DNA of 64,000 bases from Candidatus Sysuiplasma jiujiangense. GTDB lineage: Archaea; Thermoplasmatota; Thermoplasmata; Sysuiplasmatales; Sysuiplasmataceae. The DNA lies in assembly GCA_019721075.1 (NCBI GenBank), contig JAHEAD010000010.1, positions 3,400-67,399 of the forward strand. Reading direction: 5' to 3'. The notes beneath the pieces were generated by a model. That model had not been told where the DNA came from and made no database searches. It was given only the letters and a program-made list of their open reading frames with translations. Below, one piece after another: positions 21,431 to 33,954 of the stretch. A program made the translations under genes and the position numbers. Every line of letters begins with the position of its first letter. The stretch's first letter is position 1.

Positions 21431-23104
21431 TCACTTCTGTTTCATTACCGCGCCCTTCGATGCGGAGGATACGAGTGCCGCATACTGTCCAAGAAGGCCC
21501 GATTTGTCCTTTTCCACCGGCCCCTTCCATTTGCTCCTCCGTTCATCCAACTCCTTTCCGTCGACGAGCAGGTCTATCCGTCCCTTTGCCGTGTCTATGA
21601 GTATCTCATCTCCGTTCCTGACAAGAGCGATGTTGCCGCCTGCATAGGCCTCAGGGCAGACATGCCCGACCATTATGCCCCTGGTCGCGCCGGAAAAACG
21701 GCCGTCAGTCACAAGGCCGACACTTTCCCCCAGTCCCTGACCGACAATGGCAGCTGTCACGGAAAGCATCTCTCTCATTCCGGGTCCGCCCTTCGGTCCT
21801 TCGTAGCGTATTACAACAACATGATTCTCGCTGACAGTGTGTGACAGGACTGCGTTGAACGCTTCCTCCTCGGAGTCGAAGACAAGAGCCTTCCCTTTCA
21901 TCCTTTCGACAGACGAAGCCGATGCTTTGATCACCGCCCCTTCCGGCGCAAGCGAGCCCCTGAGAATCCTGATGCCGCCTCTCCTGTAAAGCGGTCTGGA
22001 GAAGTCGCCCACAATATCGGTTCCGGTGTGGGCAAAACTGAATCCTGAGAGATTCTGACCCATCGTCCTGCCGGTGACTGTCATGGCTTCTTCCTTCAGG
22101 TAGCCGGCGTCCATAAGCTTCCTCATAAGGTACGGGACGCCTCCGATGCGGTAGAGGTCGGCCATCACATACTTTCCGCCAGGTTTCATGTTGACTATTT
22201 CGGGTATGCGCTGCCCGATGGCATCAAATTCATCCAGATCAAGTTTTATTCCGGCCTCCGATGCTATAGCTATCAGGTGGAGCACGGCGTTGGTTGAACC
22301 GCCCGATGCCATCAACACTGCAATCGCGTTTTCAAATGATTCGTGGGAGAGTATATCGCGTGGCCCGAGATCTGTTTCAATGAGCTTCATCAGCGCCCTT
22401 CCGGTTTCGAATACGAAGCCCGACTTCGCGCCTTCGACGGCCGGCGGCGCGGCAGAGCCGGGCAGAGCGAGTCCGAGTGACTCCGTCATCATTGCCATCG
22501 TATTTGCCGTATACAGGCCGCCGCATGCGCCGGGCGTCGGTATTGCATTGTCCTCCATGACCTTGAGTTCCTGCAGTGAAAGATTTCCGGATGAGTACGA
22601 CCCGACAGCCTCATAGACGTCTCCGATAGCAATCGGTTTCCCGTGATAGCTGCCCGGCAGTGTCGTCCCGCAGTAGATGACGATTGACGGTATATTCAGC
22701 CTGGCCATTGCCATCATCATACCGGGGCTGGTCTTGTCGCAGCCTGACAGACCGGCAAAACCGTCGTAGCCGTGCGCATTTACCGTAAGCTCCACGGTAT
22801 TGGCGATAAGCTCCCTGCTTATCAGCGAGTATCTCATTCCTCCTGTCCCCATTGCAATGCCGTCAATGACGACGGGAGCGGTGAATATCCTCGGTGTGCC
22901 TTTCTCGGCCCTTATTCCCTCCTTTGCCCTTTCGGCAAGCGAAAGGACATGAATGTTGCACGGGCCGGCCTCGTTCCAGGCTGCTGCCACCCCGACAATC
23001 GGACTCTCAAGGTCAGCGTCAGTCAGGCCCATCGATTTCATGAAGGCGCGATTCGGCGATCGTTCCGGGCCGCCGTAGATCCCGGCAGATCTTCTTTCTT
23101 TCAT
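21431..23104 (-). CDS. ilvD: Dihydroxy-acid dehydratase
   Basis: [32 protein letters not shown] and TDGRFSG. Confidence 0.96.
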   Translation of the reverse strand: MKERRSAGIYGGPERSPNRAFMKSMGLTDADLESPIVGVAAAWNEAGPCNIHVLSLAERAKEGIRAEKGTPRIFTAPVVIDGIAMGTGGMRYSLISRELIANTVELTVNAHGYDGFAGLSGCDKTSPGMMMAMARLNIPSIVIYCGTTLPGSYHGKPIAIGDVYEAVGSYSSGNLSLQELKVMEDNAIPTPGACGGLYTANTMAMMTESLGLALPGSAAPPAVEGAKSGFVFETGRALMKLIETDLGPRDILSHESFENAIAVLMASGGSTNAVLHLIAIASEAGIKLDLDEFDAIGQRIPEIVNMKPGGKYVMADLYRIGGVPYLMRKLMDAGYLKEEAMTVTGRTMGQNLSGFSFAHTGTDIVGDFSRPLYRRGGIRILRGSLAPEGAVIKASASSVERMKGKALVFDSEEEAFNAVLSHTVSENHVVVIRYEGPKGGPGMREMLSVTAAIVGQGLGESVGLVTDGRFSGATRGIMVGHVCPEAYAGGNIALVRNGDEILIDTAKGRIDLLVDGKELDERRSKWKGPVEKDKSGLLGQYAALVSSASKGAVMKQK

Positions 23105-23169
23105 GCAGCTAGACTTGATTTCCTGTAATTTAACATTACGCAGATCGTGCCGGTGTGCCGCCGCGGCGC

Positions 23170-24471
23170 TCAGAAAAACCGGTGCTTTCCCCTGACGATT
23201 GTCCTTTCCCTCGTATGCCCGACAGAAACAATGAAAATTCTGGCACCCAGAAATTTTTCAATAAATTCCACATATCTCCTGGCAGACTCCGGAAGTTCAC
23301 GGTAGGTGTTGATGCCCTCGTCCAGCTGCTCTTCCCAGCCCCTGAATTCGCGGTAAACAGGCATGACAGAATTCAGCTGCGCAGAGGAGGAAGGATAGGA
23401 GGAGAGTTTTTTTCCGTTCAGCGTGTATCCGACGGCCACCCTCAGCCTGTCTATGCCGGAGAGAACATCCAGTTTGGTAAGTACAATCTCCCTTACGCCC
23501 GAAACCATGACGGCGTACTTCGCTGCAAATAGATCCAGCCAGCCGCAGCGCCTCTTCCTGCCTGTGGTCGTTCCGACCTCCATCCCCTTCAGCGCGAGAT
23601 GGTCCCCGACGCTGTCTGTAAGCTCTGTCGGAAAGGGGCCGGCGCCGACCCTCGTAGAATATGCCTTGAGGATGCCGACCGGCCTTATGTCGTAAACAGG
23701 CGAGAGCCCGCCGGCGGCATAAACGTTGCCCGCAACGGTGTTTGAAGAAGTGACAAACGGGTAATTGCCATGGTCGATATCCAGCATTATGCCGTGTGCG
23801 CCCTCAAAGAGCAGCTTCTTTTTCCTGGACATCATGCTGTTGATGAGCGATGACGTGTCTGTTATATGCTCCTTCAGTGCCACGGAGTATTCTGTCATCT
23901 TCCTGTATATCTCCTCTGCATCAACCGACACGCCGAGATTCAGGGCCGATGCGTATGCGTTCTTAATCCTGGAAACGAATTCGATCTTTTCCCTCAGGCC
24001 GCCGTTTTCCAGCAGTTCGCCCATCCTGAAACCGATCCTTGCGTGCTTGTCGGAATAACACGGTCCTATTCCCTTCCTTGTCGTGCCTATCGCCCGTTCC
24101 CCCCTCAGAGATTCCTCAGCGCCGTCAAGCTGTTTGTGATACGGCATCACGATGTGCGCCCTATCGCTTATGAACAGCCTGGAAACAGAGAAACCCTTCT
24201 TTTCCAGCTCATGCATTTCAGACAGCAGTTCCTCTGGATCCACGACCGAACCGTTCGCTATGATGCCGGTCACCTTCCTGTGAAGAATTCCGGAAGGGAT
24301 CTGATGGAACTTGAAGCGCTGATTGCCTATCTCAACAGTGTGCCCTGCATTCGCGCCCCCCTGGAATCTCACATTCGCATCCACATCGCTAGCGATGAAG
24401 TCTGTAATCTTTCCCTTTCCTTCATCCCCCCATTGTAGACCGACAATTACGGTTGCAGGCATATTTGCCAC
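23170..24471 (-). CDS. purA: Adenylosuccinate synthetase
   Basis: [17 protein letters not shown] and [14 protein letters not shown]. Confidence 0.98.
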   Translation of the reverse strand: MANMPATVIVGLQWGDEGKGKITDFIASDVDANVRFQGGANAGHTVEIGNQRFKFHQIPSGILHRKVTGIIANGSVVDPEELLSEMHELEKKGFSVSRLFISDRAHIVMPYHKQLDGAEESLRGERAIGTTRKGIGPCYSDKHARIGFRMGELLENGGLREKIEFVSRIKNAYASALNLGVSVDAEEIYRKMTEYSVALKEHITDTSSLINSMMSRKKKLLFEGAHGIMLDIDHGNYPFVTSSNTVAGNVYAAGGLSPVYDIRPVGILKAYSTRVGAGPFPTELTDSVGDHLALKGMEVGTTTGRKRRCGWLDLFAAKYAVMVSGVREIVLTKLDVLSGIDRLRVAVGYTLNGKKLSSYPSSSAQLNSVMPVYREFRGWEEQLDEGINTYRELPESARRYVEFIEKFLGARIFIVSVGHTRERTIVRGKHRFF

Positions 24472-24572
24472 AACTCCGGTTGAGTAATAAAACTATTCCG
24501 TGTGAATGATTCGCGCGTCCGCTGTCTGCGACTGCGCCGCGCCGGAGAATCATTTATTCACCCGGACATGCC

Positions 24573-24989
24573 ATGGAGTGCTTTATGTCAATTAAAAAGA
24601 CTGAAATTGCGGCCCGGCCTGCAGAAGCCGCGGAACTGCTGAAATCGGTCATTGAAGGGGAGGGGATGCACGTGGATTGCCTCATCGACCATGCATCTGT
24701 TCTCAGAGAAGCAGGCATAACGCCCGTCGACGCCTATACGCTGCTCTTCAGCTCTGCGAAAATATCATCAAGGCTCCTGTTAAAAAACAGCGAAATTGCG
24801 CTGGACATCCCTCTGAGGATAGCTGTTGTTAACGAGGGTGGCAGAACACTGCTGGTATACAGGGATATGCACCCGCTTCTCAGCAGTTACCAGGGAGCCG
24901 GAATGGTTGATGTCATAAACAGTGTCAATGGTCTGACCGACAGTGTTGTTCAAACGGCCGTGAGCAGAGCGCGCGGGAACAGCGTCTGA
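24573..24989 (+). CDS. DUF302-like protein
   Basis: IDHA...TLLF...IALDIPLRIAV pattern. Confidence 0.7.
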   Translation: MECFMSIKKTEIAARPAEAAELLKSVIEGEGMHVDCLIDHASVLREAGITPVDAYTLLFSSAKISSRLLLKNSEIALDIPLRIAVVNEGGRTLLVYRDMHPLLSSYQGAGMVDVINSVNGLTDSVVQTAVSRARGNSV

Positions 24990-25039
24990 CTGGCTTTCGG
25001 CCACCTCTCTTCCCCGAGTCGGTTAAATACAGTGCCGCT

Positions 25040-25762
25040 GTGAGCAGCTTCATGCAGAACGAAATGAGATATACCGTCCCCAATGAAACGGGAAATGAAG
25101 CGGCAGCGGTGCTGTCATGCATGCCGCTTTTCGGCAATTCCGGCAATCTTCTCAAACGCGGATGCAGCTGCCTTCTCAAAGGTGAGACTGCTGTTGCCGG
25201 AAGAATACTGCACTCTGCAGTGTTCAGGGCAATGTCGTACTCCGGAGGCACTGTTCTCTGGGTTGACGGTGGAAATGTCTTCGATCCCTACACAATGACC
25301 GATCTGTCTGAAAAATGCGGCAGCGATACGGAGGAGATGCTTTCAAGGATAAAGATTGCAAGAGCATTCACGGCACACCAGATGAACGCCATCTCGCTGT
25401 CTGCACTTGAGGAGGCGAAAAAGGGAGAGGTCTGCTTTCTTGCGGTTTCCTCCCTCCCGGACCTGTTCATAAGCGACGTGCGCTGGAAGGAAGGAGTGCA
25501 GCTGCTGAACAGCACGCTGAAAACATTCCGTGAGCTCACAGGCATGCATAACTGCTGGTCAGTGATGACGGCGGACTGCAGCATGCCTGATGGCGCAGAG
25601 ATTGGTAAAATATTTGCGGAAAATTTTGAGAATGTCATTGAGGTTGATTATTCCGGCGGCAGACTTGAAATAGATTCCATGGACGATTTCGCTTCAGTGA
25701 GAAGATGGAATCTGCATGAATACCAGAGATCCCTCTTCGATTTCAGCTGCAGGGATGATTAA
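25040..25762 (+). CDS. RadA/RecA-fold protein with a degenerate Walker A, associated with PolB2
   Basis: VLWVDGGNVFDPY and LSRIKIARAFTAHQM, but no GxxxxGKT. Start uncertain. Confidence 0.8.
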   Translation: MSSFMQNEMRYTVPNETGNEAAAVLSCMPLFGNSGNLLKRGCSCLLKGETAVAGRILHSAVFRAMSYSGGTVLWVDGGNVFDPYTMTDLSEKCGSDTEEMLSRIKIARAFTAHQMNAISLSALEEAKKGEVCFLAVSSLPDLFISDVRWKEGVQLLNSTLKTFRELTGMHNCWSVMTADCSMPDGAEIGKIFAENFENVIEVDYSGGRLEIDSMDDFASVRRWNLHEYQRSLFDFSCRDD

Positions 25763-26008
25763 ATGGGCAGAACAGTTCCGACGTTCAGGGAGGAAATGGA
25801 AAGAATAATCGGAAGATGGGAAAGATTCGGAAAAGGCATGCGCAGTGATGACAGGGTTTATCTTGACAGGATTGTGGCAAAAGCGAGACACAATGCGGCC
25901 GCCTCGGCGTATGCGGCCCTGCTGAATCCTGTTGAGGGCATGCTGCTTTCTGTTCTCATAGAGCAGGAAAAGGAGATCGACGGACTCAGAAACAGATACC
26001 GTTTCTGA
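25763..26008 (+). CDS. Small helical protein associated with PolB2
   Basis: MGRTVPTFR...W..F...R..DR...LLSVLIEQEKEI, the pattern typical of the small gene found before polB2. Confidence 0.8.
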   Translation: MGRTVPTFREEMERIIGRWERFGKGMRSDDRVYLDRIVAKARHNAAASAYAALLNPVEGMLLSVLIEQEKEIDGLRNRYRF

Positions 26009-26024
26009 AGGAACTGAACGGAAG

Positions 26025-28154
26025 ATGGAAGGATGGCTGCTTGATGCATATGCAGATACGGGAAGCAACAGCATAGTGCTGTGGCTGAAGGATGGAGGCA
26101 CCAGGAAAGTCGAATTACGCTGCACCTCGTATTTCTATCTGCATGGCGACTGCGGGGACATAGAAAGGAAATTCTCAGGGATGGATGACATAGATATCCG
26201 GCATGAGGAGAGGAGGATTGCCCCTTCGATGAAAAGAGCCGATCTGCTGAAAATCTCCTCCGGGAATCTCTCCCTCCTGAGAAAAATTGCTGACGGACTG
26301 TGCCTTTACCATGCAGCGGCGGGCATTACGCTGTACGATGTTGACGTGCCGTACGAGCAGCGCTTCATGGCCGACAACGGCATATTCCCCCTGGCGCGCA
26401 TACACATATCACGGGGAAATGAAATCACATGCATGGACTCCTGCGATGACATACTGTACGATATGCCCCCTCTGAATACAAGCCGCCTGGAGATCAGATA
26501 CGGCTCCGGACATGGCGAAATTTCCATAGCGTCATCTGTCCTGGACGGTGAAGAGATAACAGGGAGCGAGGAGTACATACTTCTTGAAACGGCGAAACGA
26601 CTCAGGGAGAAGGATACAGACATAATCATAACGGAGGGCGGTGACAGGGGAGGCATACAGGAGATGCACAGAAGGGCTCACGCTCTTGCCCTGCGCTCGT
26701 TTGCACTGGGAAGGGAAGGGGGGCTGCAGGAATCGTACAGGTCCAGGAGCTATACAAGCTACGGAAGGGTTCTGTTCAGGCCGTCTCCCGCCCTGCTCAG
26801 GGGAAGGATACACATCGATGCCGGCAACTCGTTCATTTACATGGAGTCGGGCATCGAGGGGCTGGCAGAAATTTCACGTCTTTCGCTGACAGGAATGCAG
26901 CGCATGGCAAGGCTCTCCCCCGGAACAGCCGTAAGCGGCATGGAGAATATCGAGGCGCTGAGGAGACGGATTGCTGTCCCTTACAGAAAGAACAGACCGG
27001 AAGATTTCAAAAGCGCCGCAGAGCTGATAGAGGCGGACAGGGGGGGATTCATTTACACGCCCGAAACAGGTTTCAGCACAGGCGTTTACGGGGTTGACTT
27101 CTCTTCGCTGTTTCCCAGCATAATGGACAAATGGAACATCTCCGCGGACTCGCTTAACTGCTCATGCTGCGGCAGCGGCACAAATGCGGCTCCGGGCCTT
27201 CCGTACCATTTTTGCGGCAGGAGAAGGGGGATTGTACCTGCCGTTGTGCACAGACTGATTGCGAGAAGAATGAGATACAAGAAGATGGGCGATGAAATAT
27301 CGCTGAAAAAAAGCAATGCGCTGAAATGGGTTCTTGTCACCTCCTTCGGCTACACAGGGTACAAAAATGCAAAATTCGGCAGCATAGAGTGCCATGAAGC
27401 CATAAACGCAATTGGAAGGGAGATCCTGCTGGCCGCCTCACGCATAGCCGGGGAAATGAACTTCCGAGTGCTGCATGGAATAGTCGATTCCCTTTGGCTT
27501 TCCGGCAGCGGAGACATAAATGAATTTGCTGCAAGAGTTGATAAGACAACGGGTCTGCACATAGAAGTCGAAGGAAAATACAGATGGATTGTTTTTCTCG
27601 GTAACAGGAGCAACGGTGAAGGCAGCCTGAACAGGTACTACGGTGAATTCGAAGACGGCACAATGAAGCTGAGGGGGATAGAGCTGAGAAGATCCGATAC
27701 GCCGGGCGTTGTACGGTTTGCGCAGAACATACTGCTTGAGAACCTGCGTGGTTCAACAGACATGGATGACTTCAGGCGCAGGGCCGTAAAGGGCATTGGG
27801 ATGGTAAGGGAAGTTGTCCGGTGCATCAAATCAGGAGACTGTCCCGTGGAAGAGCTTGTGATTGCCAGACGCGTTTCGAAGGAATACGGGGAATACAGTG
27901 CCGGGACGGAACAGAAACGGATACTCTCCTCCCTTAATGGGAGGGGAGTCAGGGTTAATGCCGGCGAGGTCGTGAGATACCTGGTTACCAGAGACGTGGA
28001 GGGGAAGGCGGCAATACCTGCAGGACAGCTGGACGGAAATGAAAATTATGATGCGCATTACTACACGCGACTGGTCGCAAGGGCGTTGTCTACAATGCTC
28101 TGCCCGCTCGGTTTTACAGAAAAGAAGATACTCGGAATGCTCAGGTATTTTTAA
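26025..28154 (+). CDS. Family B DNA polymerase, PolB2 group
   Basis: [25 protein letters not shown], altered motif C HGIVDS, and RGIELRRSD. Confidence 0.9.
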   Translation: MEGWLLDAYADTGSNSIVLWLKDGGTRKVELRCTSYFYLHGDCGDIERKFSGMDDIDIRHEERRIAPSMKRADLLKISSGNLSLLRKIADGLCLYHAAAGITLYDVDVPYEQRFMADNGIFPLARIHISRGNEITCMDSCDDILYDMPPLNTSRLEIRYGSGHGEISIASSVLDGEEITGSEEYILLETAKRLREKDTDIIITEGGDRGGIQEMHRRAHALALRSFALGREGGLQESYRSRSYTSYGRVLFRPSPALLRGRIHIDAGNSFIYMESGIEGLAEISRLSLTGMQRMARLSPGTAVSGMENIEALRRRIAVPYRKNRPEDFKSAAELIEADRGGFIYTPETGFSTGVYGVDFSSLFPSIMDKWNISADSLNCSCCGSGTNAAPGLPYHFCGRRRGIVPAVVHRLIARRMRYKKMGDEISLKKSNALKWVLVTSFGYTGYKNAKFGSIECHEAINAIGREILLAASRIAGEMNFRVLHGIVDSLWLSGSGDINEFAARVDKTTGLHIEVEGKYRWIVFLGNRSNGEGSLNRYYGEFEDGTMKLRGIELRRSDTPGVVRFAQNILLENLRGSTDMDDFRRRAVKGIGMVREVVRCIKSGDCPVEELVIARRVSKEYGEYSAGTEQKRILSSLNGRGVRVNAGEVVRYLVTRDVEGKAAIPAGQLDGNENYDAHYYTRLVARALSTMLCPLGFTEKKILGMLRYF

Positions 28155-29280
28155 GCCTGGAAAAGAAGCTGCGTCCCTTTTCCTCCTCAATCGTATCGAA
28201 TTTGCGCAGCAGCTCCTTCTGCTCCGATGTGAGCTTCTTCGGTATTTTCACCTTCACAGTAACGAAAAGGTCACCGTTGGATCTTCCCTGAAGCCTCGGC
28301 AGGCCAAGGCCCGCGAGTTTGAGGACTGTGCCGGGCTGTGTGCCCGGCGGTATCTGGAGACGCGCCTTTCCCGTTATGTGCGGCACATCTATCTCGCCGC
28401 CCAGCGCAGCAACAGTGAACGGCACCTCCGCCGAATAGTGGAGGTTTTCGCCGTCACGCTCGAAAACATCATGCCTCTTCAGATTCATTACAACGTAGAG
28501 GTCACCAGGAGGGCCGCCGTTTACACCCGGTTCCCCGGCCCCCGGGATGCGAAGGCGCATTCCGTCCTCGGCGCCCTTTGGTATGTTGACCTCTATCCTG
28601 GAAACTGTCTGAACCCTTCCCCTGCCGCCGCATGTCCTGCATTTTTCCCTTATGACTTTTCCACGGCCGCCACAGGTCGAACAGGTCCGTACGGTGACAA
28701 AATTGCCGCCGAGCGCATTCTGCCTGTAGGTTATCTGCCCCCTGCCGCCGCAGGTTGTGCATGTCTCCAGTCTGCCCTTTTCGGCCCCTGTGCCGCCGCA
28801 GTCCTTGCATGCGACCGATCTTGGAACTTCAATAATCCTCTTTGATCCTGAATTGACCTCCTCAAGAGAAATTTCGAGATCGTACTGCAGGGATGCGCCG
28901 CTCTCAGCATAATTCCCGCGCCTCTGACCCTGTCCGCCGAAAAACACGTCAAAAATCGAACCGCCGCCGCCAAAGCCAAAACCGATGTTGCTGAAGATGT
29001 CGTTGATGTCCTGGAAATGGGTGAAATTGGACCAGTCGAAACCGCCGCCGCCGAAGTTCACCGCTTCGCTGCCGTAGGTGTCGTAATTTTTCCTTTTTTC
29101 CGGATCCATAAGGACTTCGTACGCCTCGGATATGTCCTTGAACTTCTCCTCCGCGACCTTCCTGTCTATTTTTGCCACGTCCGGATGGTATTTCTGCGCA
29201 AGCTTTCTGTAGGCTCTCTTTATCTCGTCCGGGGTAGCACTCTTTTCCACTCCCAGGACCGCATAATAGTCCTTCGCCAT
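28141..29280 (-). CDS. dnaJ: Chaperone DnaJ
   Basis: J domain with HPD, a G/F-rich region and four CxxCxGxG repeats. Confidence 0.98.
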   Translation of the reverse strand: MAKDYYAVLGVEKSATPDEIKRAYRKLAQKYHPDVAKIDRKVAEEKFKDISEAYEVLMDPEKRKNYDTYGSEAVNFGGGGFDWSNFTHFQDINDIFSNIGFGFGGGGSIFDVFFGGQGQRRGNYAESGASLQYDLEISLEEVNSGSKRIIEVPRSVACKDCGGTGAEKGRLETCTTCGGRGQITYRQNALGGNFVTVRTCSTCGGRGKVIREKCRTCGGRGRVQTVSRIEVNIPKGAEDGMRLRIPGAGEPGVNGGPPGDLYVVMNLKRHDVFERDGENLHYSAEVPFTVAALGGEIDVPHITGKARLQIPPGTQPGTVLKLAGLGLPRLQGRSNGDLFVTVKVKIPKKLTSEQKELLRKFDTIEEEKGRSFFSRLKNT

Positions 29281-29309
29281 CCTACGATAACCTCAGGCAA
29301 TCAAGTAGT

Positions 29310-31193
29310 TTACTTGTCATCAACTATTTTGTAGTTTGCGTCAACGTATCCGCCGTCTCCTCCGTCCTTGCCGTGGTCTCCGCCGCCGGGCGTACTCTCC
29401 TGGCCGGGACCCTGGGAGGAGCCTTCTGTCTGCTGCTTTGATTCCTCGGCCTGCTTCTGATATATCCTTGAGGTGACCTCATACACAGCCTTGCTCAGCT
29501 CTTCAGTCTTCTGCTTGATCTTTTCGATGTCGTCGCCCTTGAGAAGTTCTTCAAGTTCCAGTCTGACCTTTTCAATACTCTCCCTGTCCTGCGCCGAAAC
29601 CTTGTCACCGAGATCGTCCAGTGTCTTCTTTGTCGTATATGCCATGGTCTCTGCCATGTTCCTCGCTTCGGCCTTTTCCTTTAACTTCCTGTCCTCCTCC
29701 GCAAACTGTTCCGCCTCCCTCATCATTCTGTCTATCTCGTCTTTCGAAAGTTTGTTCGACGCGGAGATGGTTATCTTCTGTTCCTTTCCGGTGCCCATAT
29801 CCTTTGCGCTGACATGGAGTATGCCGTTCGCGTCAATGTCGAATGTAACCTCTATCTGCGGTATTCCTCTCGGCGCCGGAGGAATGCCGATAAGACTGAA
29901 TCGCCCAAGCGTCACGTTATTAGCTGCCATTGGCCTCTCTCCCTGCAGCACATGAACCTCGACGCTTGTCTGACCGTCCGAGGCAGTGGTGAAGATCTCA
30001 GACTTCCTGGTGGGTATCGTCGTATTTCTCTCAATCAGCTTGTGAAACACACCCCCCTGGACCTCAACCCCAAGTGAAAGAGGCGTCACATCGAGCAGCA
30101 GTATATCCTTGACAGTCCCTTCAAGAACGCCGCCCTGTATTGCGGCGCCCATTGCAACGCACTCCATCGGATCCACTCCACGAACGATCTTCGAGCCGAA
30201 AATATCCTCGACGAACTTCTGTATCACAGGCATTCTGGTGGGGCCGCCCACGAGTATTATTTTATCGATTCCGGAAGCGCTGATTTTGGCATCGCCAAGC
30301 GCGCGGTTCACCGGTTCGCGGCACCTTTCGACGATTGGTCTGACCAGATCTTCCAGCTTTGCCCTGGTGATTTTCATTGTCAGATGCTTTGGACCTGAGG
30401 AGTCCTGTGCTATGAATGGCAGGTTGATTTCTGTCTCGATTATTGTGGAGAGCTCAACCTTTGCCTTTTCACATGCTTCCCTGATGCGCTCCATCGCCAT
30501 GTTGTCCTTTGTAAGGTCCACACCGCTTTCAGTCCTGAAGGCGGATACAACATAGTCGATCAGGGCACGATCCATGTCCGTGCCGCCGAGCTGCGTATCA
30601 CCGCTTGTCGAAATTACCTCGAAAACGCCCTGGCCGAATTCCATTATAGTGACATCCAGCGTTCCGCCGCCCAGGTCGAAGACGAGTATCTTCTGTTCCT
30701 TGTCCGATTTGTCAAGGCCGTATGCGAGAGCGGCCGCAGTCGGTTCGTTGATTATCCTCACGACTTCAAGACCTGCAATCGTCCCGGCATCCTTTGTAGC
30801 CTGGCGCTGATTGTCGTTGAAGTACGCTGGCACTGTTATTACTGCCTTCTGCGCAGGTCCGCCGAGAAACGCTTCTGCGTCCCTCTTTATCTTCTGCAGG
30901 ATTAATGCAGAAATCTGCTGTGGGGTGTATTCCTTCCCGCCCACTTTGTACTTGTAGTCGGTGCCCATCTTCCGTTTCGCTGCGAAAATCGTTCCGGTCG
31001 GATTGGTTATTGCCTGCCTTCTGGCGGGTTCGCCAACGAGGACACCATCCTTCGTAAACGCCACGACCGAAGGAAACGCCTTTCCGCCTATGCTCGTCCC
31101 TTCCGCGCTGGGTATAATTGTAGGCCTACCGCCTTCAATAACTGCAGCAGCCGAATTGCTTGTTCCCAGATCTATACCGATAATTTTTGCCAT
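29310..31193 (-). CDS. dnaK: Chaperone DnaK (Hsp70)
   Basis: [26 protein letters not shown] and [11 protein letters not shown]. Confidence 0.99.
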   Translation of the reverse strand: MAKIIGIDLGTSNSAAAVIEGGRPTIIPSAEGTSIGGKAFPSVVAFTKDGVLVGEPARRQAITNPTGTIFAAKRKMGTDYKYKVGGKEYTPQQISALILQKIKRDAEAFLGGPAQKAVITVPAYFNDNQRQATKDAGTIAGLEVVRIINEPTAAALAYGLDKSDKEQKILVFDLGGGTLDVTIMEFGQGVFEVISTSGDTQLGGTDMDRALIDYVVSAFRTESGVDLTKDNMAMERIREACEKAKVELSTIIETEINLPFIAQDSSGPKHLTMKITRAKLEDLVRPIVERCREPVNRALGDAKISASGIDKIILVGGPTRMPVIQKFVEDIFGSKIVRGVDPMECVAMGAAIQGGVLEGTVKDILLLDVTPLSLGVEVQGGVFHKLIERNTTIPTRKSEIFTTASDGQTSVEVHVLQGERPMAANNVTLGRFSLIGIPPAPRGIPQIEVTFDIDANGILHVSAKDMGTGKEQKITISASNKLSKDEIDRMMREAEQFAEEDRKLKEKAEARNMAETMAYTTKKTLDDLGDKVSAQDRESIEKVRLELEELLKGDDIEKIKQKTEELSKAVYEVTSRIYQKQAEESKQQTEGSSQGPGQESTPGGGDHGKDGGDGGYVDANYKIVDDK

Positions 31194-31211
31194 GTTATCA
31201 CCTTTTGATAT

Positions 31212-31886
31212 TCACACGTCCCTTTCAGTTTCATCCTGACTCTGCTTTCCTTCGACCCTTCTTGAAACTCGCACCTTTGCCGGTCTGATTACCTTTGTTC
31301 CGAGCGTATACCCTTTCTGGTATACCTCCATTATTTCATTATCGCCGAATTCGGAGTTTTCCTGAACCACAATAGCTTCATGGTAATAGGGGTCGAAGAG
31401 TTTGTTTGTAGGTATTTCCCTCACTCCTTCCTCAGTCAGTATCTGCATTGTGTTTTCCCTTATTTTCTCGATGCCCGCCCTGAACGGATCGTTGTTGCCG
31501 TTCTTCGTTTCGTCGAGGCCGCGGTCCAGATCATCTATGACTGTTATCAGTTTCCTTACCATCCTCTCCACAACAAGCTTGCTGTATTCTTCCCTCTCTC
31601 TTTCAATCCTTTTCCTGTAATTATCGAAATCAGCCTGTATTTTTTTCAGAAGACTCTCATAGTCTCTGATTATGGATTCCTTCTCGTCAAGGGATTTTTT
31701 GAGAAGGCTGTTCTCACCTGTAAGGTTTTCAATCAGTTCCAGCTTTGCACTTGTTTCTTCTGACGGCGCTTCGCCTTCACCGGCAGCGACAACGCTCTTC
31801 TCTTCGTTACGAACAATCTCAGCCTTTGGATTAGTTCCCTGCCCTTCTGCCTGTGTCGCTTCCTTGTCGGAAGAATTGTTGTCCAT
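31212..31886 (-). CDS. grpE: Nucleotide exchange factor GrpE
   Basis: ADFDNYRKR, FDPYYHEA and QKGY...VIRPAKVRV. Confidence 0.96.
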   Translation of the reverse strand: MDNNSSDKEATQAEGQGTNPKAEIVRNEEKSVVAAGEGEAPSEETSAKLELIENLTGENSLLKKSLDEKESIIRDYESLLKKIQADFDNYRKRIEREREEYSKLVVERMVRKLITVIDDLDRGLDETKNGNNDPFRAGIEKIRENTMQILTEEGVREIPTNKLFDPYYHEAIVVQENSEFGDNEIMEVYQKGYTLGTKVIRPAKVRVSRRVEGKQSQDETERDV

Positions 31887-32024
31887 CGTTTCACCTTGCT
31901 GCATACCGGACCGGCTGCATGAACCATCTTTCCGTTTCCTGTGTTATTAACCTTGCGGAAACGGAAACCGGCATCACGAGCGCAGCCGTGCGGATGCCGG
32001 TCCGGGAAGAGCTTTCCTGGCTAT

Positions 32025-33671
32025 TCAGTCTTCGCCTTCAGAGGGTCCTTCTCCTCCGGGCGGTGTCTTTCCGCCCCCTGGAGAGGAGGATTTCGTCGCG
32101 ATAACGTCATCTATGCGCAATATCATGCAGGCGGCATCGGTGGCCGACTGGATGGCCTGCCTGCCTACCCTTATCGGCTCCAGCACCTTGGCCTTCATCA
32201 TATCGGCTACCTTGCCATTGAGGACATCCACCCCATGATACCTGTTGCCGTTCTTGTGGCTGCTCCTGAGCTCAATCAGTATGTCTATCGTGTCCATACC
32301 CGCGTTTTCAGCAAGCGCCGAAGGTATCACCTCAAGCGCCTCAGCGAAAGCCTCTATGGCAATCTGTTCCCTGCCTCCGACGGATGTTGCGTAATCACGC
32401 AGTTTCTGCGACAGTTCTATTGCGGCAGCGCCTGCGCCCACCACCATCTTGCCATCCTCCACTGCGAGAGCGGCAACGCTGATTGCATCCGTCATGGACC
32501 TTTCCACTTCATCGACAACATGTTCACTCCCTCCCCTGATCAGGATGGAAACGGATTTCGGGTTCTTGCATCCCGTTACAAATGTCATCTCGTCGTCCTG
32601 TATCTTTCTTGCCTCGACCAGGGATGCGTAGCCAAGATCCTTTGCTGTCAGATCGCTCAGCTTTGTGATTACGCTTGCGCCTGTTGCCTTTGCGAGTTTG
32701 TCCACGTCCGACTTCTTTACGCGGCGCACTGCAAATATTCCTTCCTTCGCGAGGAAATGCTGGGCAAGATCGTCTATCCCTTTCTGGCAGAACACGACGT
32801 TTGCCTTCACGTTCTTTATGCTGTCAACCATCGAACGCAGCATGTGCTCCTCTTCATCGAGGAAGCCGCGAAGCTGGGAAGGATCGCTTATCTCGATCTT
32901 GGATTCGAATTCCGTCTTCTTGATTTCAAGCGCAGCATCGATTACAGCAATTCTTGCGTCCTTTACGAGTTTTGGCATAGCCGAATGGACAGGCTCCTTG
33001 TCCACTATGACACCCTTCAGAAGCTGTGTGTCACCGACACCGCCGCCCTGCTTCTTTACGATTTGAATATCGTCATCATCCACTGTGGTCTTACCGTCCG
33101 ACTCTTCGGCAACACTGAGCACGGCGTCAACGGCTATCTTCGCCAGCTGTTCCCTTACGCCGGCCACACCCTTGGAACTCATGGCTGTCGCAGCTATTTC
33201 CCTGAGCGTTTCCCTGTCATCGCGTGAGACTTTAGTGGCGATTGAGTCGAGAAATTCCATGCACTTGCCGGCTGCATCCTTGTACCCTCTGGTAATAACA
33301 GTGGGATGGACGTTGCTGTCTATAAGCTCCTGGGCTTTCTTGAGCAGTTCGCCTGCAAGGACAACCGCGGTGGTGGTTCCGTCGCCGCATTCGGAGTCCT
33401 GTGTCTTTGCAACTTCAACCAGCATCTTTGCCGCGGGATGATCAATTTCCATTTCCTTGAGAATGGTTACGCCATCGTTTGTTATCACAACATCGCCCAT
33501 GCTGTCGACAAGCATCTTGTCCATTCCTCGTGGTCCGAGAGTGGTTTTTACAGCGTTGGCGATTGCCATCGCTGCCTTAATGTTGTTGGCCTGCGCATCT
33601 TTGCCTTTCTCTCTCTTTGTTCCTTCCTTCAGTATCAGTATCGGTACCTGTCCACCCTGTCCAGACATCAT
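32025..33671 (-). CDS. Thermosome subunit (group II chaperonin; acidic tail with no GGM repeats, beta-like)
   Basis: [27 protein letters not shown] and ILRIDDVI. Confidence 0.98.
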   Translation of the reverse strand: MMSGQGGQVPILILKEGTKREKGKDAQANNIKAAMAIANAVKTTLGPRGMDKMLVDSMGDVVITNDGVTILKEMEIDHPAAKMLVEVAKTQDSECGDGTTTAVVLAGELLKKAQELIDSNVHPTVITRGYKDAAGKCMEFLDSIATKVSRDDRETLREIAATAMSSKGVAGVREQLAKIAVDAVLSVAEESDGKTTVDDDDIQIVKKQGGGVGDTQLLKGVIVDKEPVHSAMPKLVKDARIAVIDAALEIKKTEFESKIEISDPSQLRGFLDEEEHMLRSMVDSIKNVKANVVFCQKGIDDLAQHFLAKEGIFAVRRVKKSDVDKLAKATGASVITKLSDLTAKDLGYASLVEARKIQDDEMTFVTGCKNPKSVSILIRGGSEHVVDEVERSMTDAISVAALAVEDGKMVVGAGAAAIELSQKLRDYATSVGGREQIAIEAFAEALEVIPSALAENAGMDTIDILIELRSSHKNGNRYHGVDVLNGKVADMMKAKVLEPIRVGRQAIQSATDAACMILRIDDVIATKSSSPGGGKTPPGGEGPSEGED

Positions 33672-33954
33672 ATTTTAACTCTCCTGGATTGCTTTTGATT
33701 GCTTATGTTTGCTCTTCTATATAATACTATCTTAGACCTGATCTGCAACGTTGCCAAGTCATTACCTACAGGCATCATGGCATGTCCACAAGTTCCATGG
33801 AACCGTTTTGCAATTTGCAGCGGATTCATAAATGGAGGCAAGTGTCTGCCTCAACAGGACAGGCATGAAAAATATTTGCATGAAGTCATCAGAACCAATG
33901 CAGCATCGCGATTCTATCATGAGCTTTCGTGGGATCAGGGATGCTCGCCGCCAC

